DNA of 49,324 bases, counting the filler, from Dirinaria sp. TL-2023a (lineage: Eukaryota), in NCBI GenBank assembly GCA_051941275.1. It is 2 parts of 2 records of this genome, joined end to end, with 100 filler letters (N's around TTAATTAATTAA, not from the genome) between each part and the next. Parts side by side here need not be neighbours in the genome. Positions count along the whole stretch, not along the records: positions 24,766 to 49,324 come from JAVEBF010000184.1; 1 more part is not named here. One strand, given 5' to 3'. Shown piece by piece: positions 48,994 through 49,324 of the stretch. A model generated the notes under the pieces. It did no database searches and was not told the origin of the DNA. It was given only the letters and a program-made list of their open reading frames with translations. The position numbers were made by a program, and so were the translations under genes. Each line of letters starts with the position of its first letter. Positions within the stretch are counted from its first letter, which is position 1.

Positions 48994-49300
48994 GATCGAG
49001 AACATCGCATCAGCCTTCGCGTCGAAGATCCGTCGCCTCGCGGTCTCGGACAAAGTCATCATGACGGCGGGGGTAGCAGCGTACATCCAAGCTGTACTGG
49101 CACCGGAGCTGGCCGCTCTACTGGTCATGGACGACATGAACGTGGACGAAGAAAACGCTCGAGCGATTTTGAGAGACAGCATCAATGTCGGTAACCTGCT
49201 GAACGAGGAAGAGGATGAAGCGGTCGAAGTCATGGGCGACGATAACCATGTAGATGTTTTTGGGGGCTTTGGCACGCAATCTGTGCGTACTCGGGTTTAG
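47373..49300 (+). CDS. RTC4-like domain protein; exons 47373-47940, 47987-48869, 48994-49300
   Basis: CPVCKEPVD..QLRFCKAHR..W..GYPEIDW, PGYYGSRGA and YIQAVLAPELAALLVMDDM..ARAILRDSINVG match the RTC4 domain as I recall it. Introns 47941-47986 and 48870-48993 keep frame. Confidence 0.82.
48963..48991 (+). repeat. Poly-T run (about 29 nt) at the 3' splice site of the last RTC4-like intron
   Basis: The run directly precedes the AG acceptor ending at 48993. Confidence 0.9.
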
Positions 49301-49324
49301 AACACCGTCGGAATTGAATTGAAC

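Overview
This is eukaryotic, intron-rich filamentous ascomycete (Pezizomycotina) DNA. Short GT-AG introns with CTRAC-like branch sites split most genes across the ORF track. Manual splicing gives 15 protein-coding genes, in order: CDC4 (F-box/WD40, -), a cryptic 11-exon meiotic HOP1 (HORMA+PHD, +), a 788-aa uncharacterised protein, a UDP-galactose-type nucleotide-sugar transporter, the 16-exon meiotic helicase MER3/HFM1, an LRR protein, MDP-1 phosphatase (cut by a gap), a STE20/GCK kinase (Nak1/Kic1/POD-6-like, cut by the same gap), a KUP/HAK K+ transporter, RRN3, PRP16, PWP1, a 249-aa hypothetical, a DUF726 protein and an RTC4-domain protein. A 100-bp artificial spacer (N44-TTAATTAATTAA-N44) at 24666-24765 means the two halves may not be truly adjacent. 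I saw no transposon, rRNA, tRNA or CRISPR. The main observations are the hidden, apparently intact HOP1 about 7 kb from an intact MER3, an ambiguous HOP1 3' end with possible spliced antisense transcription, and a strongly intergenic-enriched TACCTTA/TAAGGTA motif that often forms palindromes. Family assignments come from recalled motifs, not database searches. I found no clearly novel multi-gene system.
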